Assembly (NCBI GenBank): GCA_963806225.1
Contig: CAWDXG010000004.1
Location: 1,632,001 to 1,696,000, forward strand
DNA length: 64,000 nt
Source: an uncultured delta proteobacterium
Lineage (GTDB): Bacteria > Myxococcota_A > Polyangia > Polyangiales > Polyangiaceae
Direction of reading: 5' to 3'
Shown: positions 1-10,693 of the stretch, one piece after another
Layout: each line of letters opens with the position of its first letter
How positions within the stretch are numbered: the first letter of the stretch is position 1
The notes under the pieces: generated by a model
Seen by the model: only the letters and a program-made list of their open reading frames with translations
Database searches by the model: none
What the model was told of the DNA's origin: nothing
Program-made: the position numbers and the translations under genes

Positions 1-415
1 CCCGCATGTAGAAGGCGATATCCGCGTCGCGCCCGCTCTGGTGCGAGTGGTGCCCGTACAGCCGCCCGCCGTGCTTGGCGGAGAGATCGCCGACCACCAT
101 CACCGAGCCGTGCACCACGCGCGCGATGTCGCGGGCACTGCGCTCGAGCATCAACACGAGCGCGGGGTGGCCGTAGCAGTTGTCCTTGCTGCTCGGCTTG
201 ATCTGCAGGTAGCGGTGGTGCCGAAGTCTCTTCGCGCGGCGCTGCCAGCCGTCGTTGGGGTAGCCGACGCTGAGCGACATCAACGTGTACGGCGAGTGGC
301 GGAACTTCTTCGGCAGCTTGTGGGGCGTACCGGACGCGGCCGCCGGCGCCGGGACCACCAGCAGCACGAGCAGCGTACAGAGCGCGCCAAGCAACAGGGG
401 GCGGAACACAGACAC
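1..415 (-). CDS. mepA: Penicillin-insensitive murein endopeptidase (MepA-like), runs off the window start
   Basis: Not in the ORF track; hand translation from GTG at 415 gives a signal peptide then SLSVGYPNDG...VGDLSAKHGGRLYGHHSHQSGRDADIAFY, the MepA H-x-S-H-Q-x-G-x-D zinc motif. Confidence 0.85.
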   Translation of the reverse strand, partial: MSVFRPLLLGALCTLLVLLVVPAPAAASGTPHKLPKKFRHSPYTLMSLSVGYPNDGWQRRAKRLRHHRYLQIKPSSKDNCYGHPALVLMLERSARDIARVVHGSVMVVGDLSAKHGGRLYGHHSHQSGRDADIAFYMR

Positions 416-605
416 GGTTGGTGGTCGACGAAGCAGGACCCGCCGGCATTCAAATGCGAAGAGGACTGCGGCGGGGGTGGGTGGATGGGTAGAACAAGGC
501 CAGCGCTAGCAATCGGCGCGGGGCCGACGCAACCCCTCGCCCCAAGTCGAGCCACATCCCGCATTTTTCCGTTCCGGCCGGTTCGCCGGTGTAGCATCGG
601 CGGCC

Positions 606-1988
606 ATGTCGAACCGGGCCCGGACGCTGGCGCTGGTCGGCGGACCCGTGCTCGCCGCCGTAGCGGGCTTTTCGGCGCGTGCCGCCGGGCTCCCGCCCAC
701 CGCGGCGTGGACGGCAGCGGTCACGGCCCTGTGTGCGGTGTGGTGGATCACCGAGCCGATCCACATCGCGGTCACGTCGCTGATCCCGTTCGCCGTATTT
801 CCGCTGACCGGCGTGCTCGATCACAAGAAGGTCGCCGAGGCCTACGGCCACACGCTGATCCTGCTGCTCCTCGGCGGCTTCATCCTGTCGCAGGCGCTGG
901 AAAAGAGCGGAGCGCACCGTCGGCTCGCTCTGGGCATGGTGCGGCTGGTCGGCACGCACGGCCGCCGGCGCCTGGTGCTCGGCTTCATGCTGGCCACGGC
1001 CGTGAGCAGCATGTGGATCTCCAACACCGCCACCACCCTGATGATGCTGCCGGTCGCACTGGCCGTGCTGGAGCAGGACGAGGAACACATCCTCGCCGCC
1101 CCGCTGCTGCTCGGGATCGCCTACGCCGCGAGCATCGGTGGACTCGGCACACCCATCGGCACGCCGCCCAACGTGATCTTCATGGGCGTGTACCGGGAGG
1201 TCACGCACCACGAAATCAGCTTCCTCGACTGGATGGGCATCGGCATTCCGGCGACGCTCGTGCTGTTGCCGGTGGCCTGGTGGGTGGTGACGCGCGGGCT
1301 CGAAAAGGGCGACCGCTTCGAGCTGCCGCGGCTGGGGCCGTGGCGCGCCGCCGAGCGTCGCGTGCTCGTCATCTTCGGGCTGACCGCGCTGGCGTGGGTC
1401 ACGCGCACGCAGCCCTTCGGCGGCTGGAGCGGGCTCATCGGCGCCAAGGGCGCGGGCGACAGCACCGTCGCGCTCCTGTCGGTGGTCGTGCTGTTCCTCG
1501 TGCCCGACGGCGAGGGCGGGCAGATGCTCGACTGGGAAACGGCCAACAAGATCCCCTGGGGCCTCTTGATCCTGTTCGGCGGAGGCATCGCCATCGCCAA
1601 GGGCTTCGAGGCGTCGGGCCTCTCCAAAGCGCTCGGCCACGAGCTGTCCGGCATCGCGGGCTGGGGCACGGTGCTGATGGTGTTCACGCTCTGCATCAGC
1701 GTCACCTTCCTCACGGAAGTGACGAGCAACACCGCCACATCGACCCTGCTGATGCCGGTGCTCGCCGCGGCCGCCATCGGCGCCGGCATCAAGCCGATGC
1801 TGCTCATGGTCCCCGCCGTGCTCAGCGCCAGCTGCGCCTTCATGCTTCCCGTTGCCACGGCGCCGAACGCCATCATGTACGGCACCGGCAAGGTCACGGT
1901 CGCGCGCATGGCCCGCGAAGGCGTGATCCTCAACATACTGGGCGCCATCGCCCTGACCGCGCTCTCGGTCGCTCTGCTCGGTCACTGA
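606..1988 (+). CDS. SLC13/DASS family anion:sodium symporter
   Basis: 460-aa polytopic protein with SMWISNTAT, GTPIGTPPN, TEVTSNTAT and FMLPVATAPNAI motifs. Confidence 0.92.
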   Translation: MSNRARTLALVGGPVLAAVAGFSARAAGLPPTAAWTAAVTALCAVWWITEPIHIAVTSLIPFAVFPLTGVLDHKKVAEAYGHTLILLLLGGFILSQALEKSGAHRRLALGMVRLVGTHGRRRLVLGFMLATAVSSMWISNTATTLMMLPVALAVLEQDEEHILAAPLLLGIAYAASIGGLGTPIGTPPNVIFMGVYREVTHHEISFLDWMGIGIPATLVLLPVAWWVVTRGLEKGDRFELPRLGPWRAAERRVLVIFGLTALAWVTRTQPFGGWSGLIGAKGAGDSTVALLSVVVLFLVPDGEGGQMLDWETANKIPWGLLILFGGGIAIAKGFEASGLSKALGHELSGIAGWGTVLMVFTLCISVTFLTEVTSNTATSTLLMPVLAAAAIGAGIKPMLLMVPAVLSASCAFMLPVATAPNAIMYGTGKVTVARMAREGVILNILGAIALTALSVALLGH

Positions 1989-2443
1989 CCCAGCCTGTTG
2001 GTTGGGGGCACCCCGAAAGGTACCCGAGCAGGCCCACGCCATCCGCCGCAGCAGCCCGCGGGCGGCGTGGGCGTGGGCGGCGCGGCGTGGGCGGCAATCC
2101 ACATGGAATCCAGCGATGGCCGTGATGCGCGCGGCCACCGCGCGGTCCTCCTGGTCGCCCTGTGTCGCCGCTGTCCGCGCCGGCCGGAACATTCGAGGTT
2201 CGAGCGCGACGAGCTCCGTGCACGACGTGACCGGAGTAGTCCGGTTCGCGCGTGATGTCCGGTGCCCGAGCAGCTCTTCGCGCCTGCGCGCCTCCCCGCA
2301 GCGCCCGGGCACCTGCGCACGATGCGTTTCCACGCGCTCGGCGTTGCTCTCGCCGCCCACTCCCCGACGACCCTGCCCTGCACGGAACCAGCGCGACACG
2401 CGTCGGCCTTTACAGGCGCCCTGCGAAGCCCTAAGCCGTCAGC

Positions 2444-3532
2444 GTGGGCAAGCGGGTCGTGGTGTTCGGGGCGACGGGGTACACCGGCAAGCTCGTGGTG
2501 CGGTCGTTGCTCGACCTCGGCGTGGGCGACGTGGTGCTCGGCGGGCGGAACCGCGACAAGCTCGAACAGCTCGCGGCACAGCATGGCGGGCTCGAGGTGC
2601 GCATCGCCGATGCAACGCGCCGCGAGACGCTGGGCCCGCTCGTGTCCGGCGCGCACGTCGTCATCAGCACGGCCGGTCCCTTCGATCTGTACGGCGAACC
2701 CGTCGTGCGCGCGGCGCTCGACGCGGGCGCGCACTTCCTCGATACCACAGGCGAGCAGGCCTACATGCTGCGCGTGCTGGAGCGCTACCACGGCCTGGCG
2801 CGGCAGAAGCACGTCGCCGTCGTCAACGCGCAGGCGTTCGAATACGCCATCGGCTACTGCGCGGCGGCGCTGCTTGCGGATACGATCCACGCGCTCGACC
2901 GCATCGACGTGTTCAACCGGGTGGAGGGCTTCAGCGCCACGCACGGCACGATGAAGTCGGCGGTGTACGGCATCACCGCGCCCGCGCTCATCCGCCGCGG
3001 CGGACGACTGAAGGAGCGCGGGCTGTCGCCGCTGCCGATGCGCGTGCAGGTGCCAGGCGAGAAGCGCGAGCTAGCGATCCCGTTCCCGGGTGGCGAGGCG
3101 CTGCACCTGGTCCGGAGCTACCCGTGGATCAAGCACGTGACGACGAATCTGGTCGTCCCCAGCGCGCTGGCGGTCGGCGCCATGGCCTTGTGGAGCGCAC
3201 GGCCCGCGATCGGGCTGGCGCAGCGCGCGGGCGCGATAGAGCCCGTGCTGCGCTGGATCGACGCGCAGCCCGAGGGCCCGGCCGAAGCCGAGCGCAGGAA
3301 GCAGCCCTTCAAGGTGTATGCCCGCGGCCGCGGCAACAACCACGTCCGCGGCGTGGTCGCCAGCGGCGTCGATCCCTACGGCATCACCGGCACCATCGCC
3401 GCCCTCGGCGCCAAGCTCCTGCTCGCCGGCGCCCCGAGGGCCACCGGCGTCATCTCGACGGACCAGGCGTTCGGTGCACGGCGCTTCCTCGACGAGCTCG
3501 CGCCGTTCGGCGTGTCCGTTGCGCGGTACTGA
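2444..3532 (+). CDS. Saccharopine dehydrogenase-like NAD(P)-binding oxidoreductase
   Basis: N-terminal VFGATGYTG Rossmann motif, TAGPFDLYGEPVV, HFLDTTGE. Confidence 0.85.
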   Translation: MGKRVVVFGATGYTGKLVVRSLLDLGVGDVVLGGRNRDKLEQLAAQHGGLEVRIADATRRETLGPLVSGAHVVISTAGPFDLYGEPVVRAALDAGAHFLDTTGEQAYMLRVLERYHGLARQKHVAVVNAQAFEYAIGYCAAALLADTIHALDRIDVFNRVEGFSATHGTMKSAVYGITAPALIRRGGRLKERGLSPLPMRVQVPGEKRELAIPFPGGEALHLVRSYPWIKHVTTNLVVPSALAVGAMALWSARPAIGLAQRAGAIEPVLRWIDAQPEGPAEAERRKQPFKVYARGRGNNHVRGVVASGVDPYGITGTIAALGAKLLLAGAPRATGVISTDQAFGARRFLDELAPFGVSVARY

Positions 3533-3571
3533 GCGTGTTCACGCGCGCTCCCATAGGGAGTAGGGTATCCA

Positions 3572-4327
3572 GTGCGGCACCGGGTCGCGCTGTGGCGGGA
3601 GGGTGCTATCGACGATCACATTGCGGCAGAGCGCGGGCGTGCCGATGCAGCGCGGCGACGGGCTCGAAGCGCGCGCTGGCTCCACGCGGGCGTCTGCGCA
3701 GGTGCGGCCACGGCGCTCGGCTGGTCCGGAGCCGCGTCGGCACAGCCGCGCGCCCACAAGAGCATCCGCGCCGACGCCAGCAGCGCGGTCGTGGCGTCCG
3801 CCGCTGACACACGCAGCGGTAGCGCTCCTCCTCTAGACGCCCGCCCGGCCAGTTCGTATGCCACGCCGCTCGCGGCCACGTGCGCGCTGTCGATGGGTAT
3901 CGACGCCGCGCTCTGGGCGGGGGCGCTTTCGGTGCGCAGCGATTCCGCACAGTCGGCCCTGCTGGGCAGTGCGGTTATCGGCTTGCCCGTCACCTGGCTC
4001 GCGCGCGCAGTGGTGCACTGGGGAAACGGGGAAGCCGGACGCGGCTTTCTCGCGCTCGGTGGCAGCTTCGGAAGCTTCGCGCTCGGCGCGCTGCCAGCGG
4101 CGTACCTCGGAGCCGCCCAGTCCGGCGATTCATCGATCCGCACCCCGCTGGCCCTCGGTGTGGGCTTCGGCATGCTGTTCCAGGCGATCTGGGCCTACGA
4201 CGATGTCGAGAACCGCTCGAGTCGGCGAGCTTCAGCCCGGATGACGAGGTTTTGGCAGCGCGCGCCGGCGCTGTGGGTCGCTCGGCTGCGTGGCGGCGCA
4301 CTGCTGGAGCTTGGCGGAGCACTGTGA
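3572..4327 (+). CDS. Hypothetical membrane protein, start uncertain
   Basis: ORF with signal-like segment and about four hydrophobic helices, converging on the TonB receptor gene. Confidence 0.55.
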   Translation: MRHRVALWREGAIDDHIAAERGRADAARRRARSARWLHAGVCAGAATALGWSGAASAQPRAHKSIRADASSAVVASAADTRSGSAPPLDARPASSYATPLAATCALSMGIDAALWAGALSVRSDSAQSALLGSAVIGLPVTWLARAVVHWGNGEAGRGFLALGGSFGSFALGALPAAYLGAAQSGDSSIRTPLALGVGFGMLFQAIWAYDDVENRSSRRASARMTRFWQRAPALWVARLRGGALLELGGAL

Positions 4328-4350
4328 CGGGGTCCGGCAAGGGCAGCCGG

Positions 4351-6353
4351 CTACCGCCACCACGCTTCCAGGCTCGCGTGCACGCTGCGCCCGGGAAGTG
4401 GGTAGCCCACTACGTCGAAGTGGCGGGCGCCCGTGACATTCCTGACGGCGAGGCGGGCGGCGAGGCGGCGCCCCTGGAAGCTGGCCATCAGCTGGAGATC
4501 GAGCAGGGCCTGCTGGTCGATGATGATGAGCCCGGCGGGATCGGCCACGCGCGAGGAGCGGTACGAGGCGCGCGCGCCGAGGCCGACGCGGTCGAGCGGC
4601 GAGCGCTGCGGCTCGGTGTAGAGCTCGAGCAGGCCGCTGGTCGCTAGCCGTGACTGGAACGGGATCAGGTTGTTTCCCTCGGTGCGCGTCGTGTCACGCG
4701 GGTCGAGCGCGGTCAGCGCGAGCGTCGAGCGGATGTGATGGAACAGGTCGGCGCCGGCGGCGAGCTCGGCGCCGAGCACGCGCGCGCGACCGACGTTGAA
4801 CGGCCGCACGTAGCCGAGGCCGGAGCGGCGGAAGGCGATCAGCTGCGAGACGGAGCGCAGGAAGCCGAACGCATCGACCCACGCCGGAACCGGCGCGCTG
4901 CGGCTCGTTTCGGCGCGCACGCCCAGGTCGCCGCCATATCCGAGCTCGGGCTGGAGCGCGGAGTTGCCGCGCACCTGGGGCGAGGTGCCGTACAGCTCGC
5001 CGAGGGTGGGCACCCGCACGAACCGCCCGACGTTGGCGAGCAGCGAGACGCCCGGCGCCAGCAACAGCCGGGCACCCAGCCTGCCGGACGGCTCGAGCAC
5101 ACCGCAGTGGTCGGCGCCGTCGGGCCCCGAGGTGGAGTGGCATTCGAGCGCGCCGAGCGCGTACAGCTCCAGCCAATCGAAAGCCTGGAACGCCAGCGAG
5201 CCCGCGCCGCGGCTCACCTGCCGCTCCGCGTGCAGGCCCTGGGCACCCGGAGCTGTCGACGCGCAGCAACTCGGCCTCCTCGTCGCCGTCGAGCGAGACG
5301 CGCACGCGGTCGCCCAGCTCGCGGATCGAGCCGCACCTGCTGGGAGAAGCGCTGCCCGGTGCTGGAAACCGCGGGTGCCCGCCAGAGCCAGCTCACGCAG
5401 CGGATCGCTGAGCGTGTTGCCCGCGCTGATGGCGGAGCTCGTGAGCTCGATGCGACAATCGCCCGCTGGCTCTCCGGGGCGCCGCGCGTGGCACGGCACG
5501 CGAGCCGTGATGCCGGCCAGGAGCCGGCGGGTGTGCGCGCGCGCCGCCTCGGCGGGGATCAATCCGGCACCGGTAACGCCCTGTTCGCGGTCGAAGGCGT
5601 TGACCAGCGTGGTGATCCCGGCGCCACCCGGCCCCAGCGGTGGTGCGTCCGATGGCCCAGCTGTCGTAGCTGGTCGCGTCGGCGTTCGGACGGCGCACCG
5701 CGCGATCGTCGGCAGTGGTGCTGCGCGTGCCGTTGTCGTTCACGTAGGTGTAGTCGTTCTTTGCGTAGCTGCGGCTGAGCGCAACCATCGACGCCGCGCC
5801 GGGCGCGGCCACCGCACCGCCGAGCCAGGTGCTGAGCTCGCCGAAGCTGCCGAGCGCGTAGCCGCCGCCGAGCCGGGAGTGGTGCGGCAGCCGGGGCTCG
5901 AAGAAGATCGCGCCGCCGATGCCGAGGCGATCGGCCGCCTCCGGCGCGTTGCCCCGGAACACCTCGACGCGGTCGAGCATCCAGAGCGGCACCGTCGAGA
6001 GATCCGCGGTGCCGGTCACATCGTCGTTGAGGCGGATGCCGGCAAGGTACACGGGCGTCTCGGCGCTGGTCGCGCCGCGGATGGACGCCGTGGCCGAGAT
6101 CCGAGCCGGAGCCGCTCTGGGCAACCTGCACGCCCGGCACCTGGGACAGCACCTCCGCCGAGGTCGCGCCCGGCTGGTGCAGGTCCTCGCCGCGCAGCAG
6201 CATCGACGCCGCGGTCGGATCGCGCCGCGACGCGGGCGGGCCGTGGCGGTGGCCGCTGACGTGGACGACGATGGGCTTTTCCGGCGGAGGCTCGGCGCGC
6301 GCAGCCCCGGCGGCGGACAGCACGCACAGCGCCGCGGCCCACCTCAGGGACAT
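4351..6353 (-). CDS. TonB-dependent receptor, probably cobalamin (BtuB-like); several frameshifts
   Basis: Signal peptide MSLRWAAALCVLS, plug motifs AEVLSQVPGVQV / SIRG / LDRVEVFRG, barrel motifs RVPTLGELYG..GNSALQPE and C-terminal YPLPGRSVHASLEAWWR, spread over frames with shifts near 6095, 5640 and 5330-5250; downstream of a cobalamin riboswitch. Confidence 0.85.
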
Positions 6354-7135
6354 CGGGCGTTGACGATGCCGACGGCGTCGAGATCGAACACGCCGTTGAA
6401 GCCGGTCTGGTCGGGGCGATCGGTGATGCGCACGTAGCGGGCGTAGCTCACGCCGATGTCCGCCAGATCGAAGGCATCGCCGCCCGCCTGCGCCGGGTCG
6501 AGCGGATCGATGTTGTTCGTGTCGGGGTTCGCGTACACGGGGTGCCAGCCGGCGCAGCTGCCGTAGGGCGGAGCGAGCGCCGTACACGGAAAGGCCGTCC
6601 AGCTCTGCCCGTCGGCGCTCACCTCCACCGTGCCGAGCTCGGCGAACACCTGGTCGGCGTTGCCCCCGGCGAAGAACGCGTTCTCGAACACGATGAAGTC
6701 GGGACCGGGGCCGTCCACGATCGCGTTGCCCGCGAACTCGACGGTCACGCTGCCGCCGTTGCCGAGCGACACGGTGTCGAGCGACCCCTTGCAGCAGCCG
6801 CCGCCGTGGGGCGGCCCGAAAACGATCGACGGGAACTGGTCCTGGCCCTGGCTCTGGCCGGGGCCGAAGCTGTGATCGACCACGCCCGTCACGAAGCGCG
6901 AGCCGGGTCCGGCGCAGTCCGCGGCATCGAGCCCGGCCTCGTCCAGAGCGCCGTCCCAGCCGCCGTCCCATGCAACGGCGTCCGGCAACGCGTCCGGCGC
7001 GCCGGCGTCGAGCTGGGCGAAGAAGTGAGCGCCTGCGTCGGTGCCCGGCGCCGGCGCCCCTGCCCCGCTACCGCAGGCGACGAGGGTGCCTAGAAATCCC
7101 AACGCGACCCAGCGCGTCCATTCGTGTCTGTTCAC
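6344..7135 (-). CDS. Cell-surface lipoprotein, candidate cobalamin-binding protein
   Basis: GTG at 7135 behind GGAGG, lipobox LVAC, domain with VSLGNGGSVTVEF..IVDGPGPDFIVFENAF..AELGTVEVS and GGDAFDLADIG..RYVRITD; first gene after the riboswitch, overlaps the receptor start. Confidence 0.8.
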   Translation of the reverse strand: MNRHEWTRWVALGFLGTLVACGSGAGAPAPGTDAGAHFFAQLDAGAPDALPDAVAWDGGWDGALDEAGLDAADCAGPGSRFVTGVVDHSFGPGQSQGQDQFPSIVFGPPHGGGCCKGSLDTVSLGNGGSVTVEFAGNAIVDGPGPDFIVFENAFFAGGNADQVFAELGTVEVSADGQSWTAFPCTALAPPYGSCAGWHPVYANPDTNNIDPLDPAQAGGDAFDLADIGVSYARYVRITDRPDQTGFNGVFDLDAVGIVNARCP

Positions 7136-7220
7136 CGAAAGTCCCTCCGAGCGAAGCGCGCGCTCCATGGGGCTACCGCCGGTCTCGCGTCCCTCGAAAA
7201 GGGGCGCTCCGGCGGCCCGA

Positions 7221-7385
7221 CGAACAGGTCTTCTGACTTCCCGGCTTGTCCAAGGTCGCCTTCCCGGCGCTCTTCGCGCCAGTGGCTTCAATGACCTTCG
7301 ACGTATCGGGTTACAGCGGCGGCTCCGTGCCGGACTCTCACCGGCTTCCCTTGGCGGTCTCCCGCCACCCCGCGAGGGGATCCTT
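7221..7385 (-). promoter_or_regulatory. Cobalamin riboswitch
   Basis: Minus strand reads AAGGGAAGCCGGTGAGAGTCCGGCACGGAGCCGCCGCTGTAA...GCCACTG...GGGAAGGC...AAGTCAGAAGACCTG (B12 box): all conserved elements in order. Confidence 0.93.
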
Positions 7386-7449
7386 CGGCAGCCGTCAGGT
7401 ATCACGCCGCGAGCGGGCGTTCAACCGCGCCGGGTGGCACGCTTGACGG

Positions 7450-8194
7450 GTGACGGTCAGCTTCCGTTTCTATGCCGGCCTCAACGATTTCCTGCCGCCG
7501 GAGCGGCGCGGGCAACGCTTCGAGCTCGGCGTCCAGGGCCGGCCCGCGTACAAGGACACCATCGAGTCACTGGGCGTGCCACATCCGGAAGTGGGCTTGA
7601 TCCTGGTCGACCGGCAGGCCGTCGGTTTCGGCGAGCAGCTCTCCGACGGCGATCGCGTCAGCGTGTACCCGCGCTTCTTCGAGCTGGACCCGGGCGCGCT
7701 CGGGCTCGCTCCGCCGCTCCCCTCGCCTCCCCGCTTCGTGCTGGACGTGCACCTCGGGCGGCTCGCCGCCTACCTGCGTGCGCTCGGCTTCGACACGCTC
7801 TACGAGCGCTACGCCGACGACGCGGATTCTGGCGCAGCGCTCCTGCGACGAGGATCGCGTGCTGCTCACGCGCGACGTCGGACTGCTCAAGCGCCGGAAC
7901 GTGTCGCTCGGCTACTGGCTGCGCTCGAAACAGCCGCGCGAGCAACTCGGCGAGGTCGCGCTCTACCTCGACCTTCGCGAGTGGGCCGATCCCTTCACGC
8001 GCTGCCTGCACGACAACGCGCCGCTTTCAGCAGTGGACAAGCGCGACATCGATGCGCGCCTCGAGCCCGGCACCCGCGCCCGCCACCACCGCTTCTGGCG
8101 CTGCAGCCACTGCGACCGCCTCTACTGGGAAGGCTCGCACCACGCGCGGATGCAGCGGCTGTTCGAGGCGGTTCTCCCGCCTGGAGCGCTCTAG
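7450..8194 (+). CDS. Ubiquitin-like/Mut7-C RNase domain protein; frameshift near 7825
   Basis: FRFYAGLNDFL..KDTIESLGVPHPEV, RFVLDVHLGRLAAYLRALGFD, LLTRD..LLKR, FTRC..C..C..LYWEGSH. Confidence 0.88.
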
Positions 8195-8619
8195 TCCTCG
8201 TCGAAGGAGAAGCTGACGGCCTTGTCCCGTTCGAAGCCGAGGCTGTTGTAGAAATTGAGCGTGCCCGTATCCGCCTTGACGAGCGGCTTGACCTTCACCG
8301 TGCTCGCCTTCTTCTCGAGTGACTCGCGCAGCTTCTCGATGAGCTGCTTGCCGTAGCTGCGCTCGCGGAAGTCGGGGTGGACGATGATCTCCTGGATGAA
8401 GAGCGTCAGACCCGTTTCCTTCTCGAAGGAGTAGCCCAGCACGGCGCCGGTGATACGACCGTCGGGCTCGGCCGCGACGTAGCAGCTGTCGGGCTCGAAC
8501 CGGAAGAACTTGTCGATGTACTTCTTCGCCCCCTCGAGCGACCACTCCGCCTTGTACGCATCGAGGTGGAGCCGGGCCACGGACTCGAGGTCGTCGGCCT
8601 TCATGCGCCTGATTTCCAT
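8191..8619 (-). CDS. GNAT family N-acetyltransferase
   Basis: IIVHPDFRERSYGKQL (motif A) and NFYNSLGF. Confidence 0.85.
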   Translation of the reverse strand: MEIRRMKADDLESVARLHLDAYKAEWSLEGAKKYIDKFFRFEPDSCYVAAEPDGRITGAVLGYSFEKETGLTLFIQEIIVHPDFRERSYGKQLIEKLRESLEKKASTVKVKPLVKADTGTLNFYNSLGFERDKAVSFSFDED

Positions 8620-8785
8620 GTTCCAGTTCTACCAGCGGCGCGATCGGGGCGGCAACCTCGGAGCGCACGGAACCTGATCGGTGCGGGCACCGCGGCGCGC
8701 CGGCGCTCCGCCAGCGGGCTATCGCGCGCGGGAGGGCCCGATCCGCCCCGCGGATCGGGCCCTCCGTGTCACAGGCGCCGCGGAG

Positions 8786-10525
8786 CTATTCCGCCGGCGG
8801 TGCCCCGCGCCTGCGGCGCGTGTACTCCTCCGAGAGGATGCGCCCCGCGACCTCCCGACCGCCCAGGCCGAACGCCAGAGCCCCGGCCAGGCACACAGCG
8901 CCCAGGATCAGGGCGAACGCGATCGCGATGAGCTGCCGTCCGACCCCGAGCTGCTGCAGCGCCATCATCACGGTGAAGGTCACGACCGCGACGTGGGCGA
9001 CGTTGCCCATGGCCTTGAGCAGACGATCTTTGCTGTTCCGGGTCAGCTCGTCGATGCGCGCCTGGCTCCAGCGCCCCGCCCACAGCCCAGCGCCCATCAG
9101 AACGACGGCGACCAGCACGTTGGGCAGATAGGCGAGCAGGCCGTCGAGCAGCCGCCCCAGTCCTTCGAGACCCATGGTGCCGAGCACCTGACGCAGGAAG
9201 AGCAGCACGATGACGGCAACCACGATCACCCCGGCGATGTCCGCCGGCGTGTCCAGGCCACCTGCGCCGGTGCGCGCCAGAAGCTCGTCGGCTTCGACGG
9301 TCTCGCCCGCTTCACCTCCCGGGTCCGCCGTTCCGCTCCCCGACGCGTGCAGCCGCTCCTTCACCAGCGCCCTGGAGCTCTGCTCCTGCTGTTTCGCCTC
9401 GGGGGAGACCTGCTTGAACAAGCCAATGTGGACCATCAGCGTGTTGAAGCCCATCGCTGCGAGCAGGTGCGCCGCCACGCTCCCGGCGATGCGCGCTACC
9501 ACGACGCCGATGGACATGAGCAGCCCCCCGACCAGCAGCTTCGGCAGGTAGACGTAGATGCGCTCCAGCATCGAGCTCAGAGGCGCACTGATCTCGGCGA
9601 TTTCCAGGCGGCCGACGGCGCTGATGGCGAAGTGCAGCAGAATGAACGCCATCACCAGCGCCCCCAGGATCCCGCTCAGGCTGTGCTCCCGGGTGATGCG
9701 CCCGAACCCGAGCCGCGCCACGGCGCGGTCCACGCCGACGCGGGCCAGAACGCCGCTGACGACGCCGCGCGCCATGCGCGCCAGAACGTAACCGACGACG
9801 AGCAGCACGGTGGCCGCGGCGATCTTCGGCAGGTACGTGGTCACGGTCGAAAGCGCGGTGGACAGCGGCCCCGCGAGCACGCCGATCTTCAGAGCCTCGA
9901 GCACCGGGATGGCGGCGACGACCAGCACGAACCAGTAGGCGACCTCGCCGATGGTGCGGGACAGCGTGGTCCCGCTCTTGTCCTTCTTCCGCTTCTTCTT
10001 CTTCCTGTCTTCCCGCTCGGGCGGGGGTTCAGGCGCGATGTCCTCACCGCCGAGCCGTTGCATGCGTCCATCGAAGTCGAGCTTGTCCAGAACGCTGACG
10101 ATCAGCTTGCGGACGCCCGTGGCAAGCAGGAATCCGCCGAAGCCGATGACCGTCGCCTTGAGCAGGTTCGGTATCGCACCAGCGACGCCGTCGAGCACCG
10201 TGACCAGCGGCGCGGTGACCGCCGAGATGCCGAGGTAGCTGAAGAACGCGATCGCGACGAACAAGAGCAGCAGGTAGTACAGGGTTTTCGAGACCACGCG
10301 CTCCACACGCGCTCCGCGCTCGCCGCCCGTCTCGAAGCCGAGCCCGCGAGCGATGCGATCGTCGAGCGTCGTCTTCTTCAACGCAGCGAACAGCGATCGG
10401 GAAACGATCGCGGCGGCGAGCCAACCGAGGACGAGAATCGCGAGGGCGACGCCGATCTGCGGGAGCTTGGGCGATATTGCGTGCCAGATATCCTGAATCC
10501 ACCGAGCCTTGGCCCACTGGGGCAT
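8786..10525 (-). CDS. CmpX-like membrane protein with conserved TM-helix repeats (MscS N-terminal type)
   Basis: Repeated YLPKI/YLPKL/YLPNV/IPNL helix-hairpin units and C-terminal ALAFGLGGREVAGRIL. Confidence 0.8.
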   Translation of the reverse strand: MPQWAKARWIQDIWHAISPKLPQIGVALAILVLGWLAAAIVSRSLFAALKKTTLDDRIARGLGFETGGERGARVERVVSKTLYYLLLLFVAIAFFSYLGISAVTAPLVTVLDGVAGAIPNLLKATVIGFGGFLLATGVRKLIVSVLDKLDFDGRMQRLGGEDIAPEPPPEREDRKKKKRKKDKSGTTLSRTIGEVAYWFVLVVAAIPVLEALKIGVLAGPLSTALSTVTTYLPKIAAATVLLVVGYVLARMARGVVSGVLARVGVDRAVARLGFGRITREHSLSGILGALVMAFILLHFAISAVGRLEIAEISAPLSSMLERIYVYLPKLLVGGLLMSIGVVVARIAGSVAAHLLAAMGFNTLMVHIGLFKQVSPEAKQQEQSSRALVKERLHASGSGTADPGGEAGETVEADELLARTGAGGLDTPADIAGVIVVAVIVLLFLRQVLGTMGLEGLGRLLDGLLAYLPNVLVAVVLMGAGLWAGRWSQARIDELTRNSKDRLLKAMGNVAHVAVVTFTVMMALQQLGVGRQLIAIAFALILGAVCLAGALAFGLGGREVAGRILSEEYTRRRRGAPPAE

Positions 10526-10693
10526 AATAACCTCCTTGTGCGCGAGGGCAGGCGCAGGCCTGGACGCTGGCCCCCGGACACCCCGCCCGACAGCTCCGAC
10601 CGACCCATCGGCTCCCCTGCAGAAGGCTGGAGGGTCTGCTGGATGGCGCAGGAACGCAACCTGTCCGAGGTGGGGAAGCGCCCCGCTTCCGGG

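Noticed and set aside
41..2125. Long overlapping ORFs such as 41..2125, 8681..11437, 10044..11528 and 61667..63919
   Set aside because: Arg/Ala/Pro-rich shadow frames of real genes, expected in high-GC DNA.
1990..2440. Intergenic stretch with faint IS91-like (ARL..PGHL..RFH..GV.LAAHS) and integrase-like (EELLGH) peptides
   Set aside because: Matches are too short and inconsistent to call.
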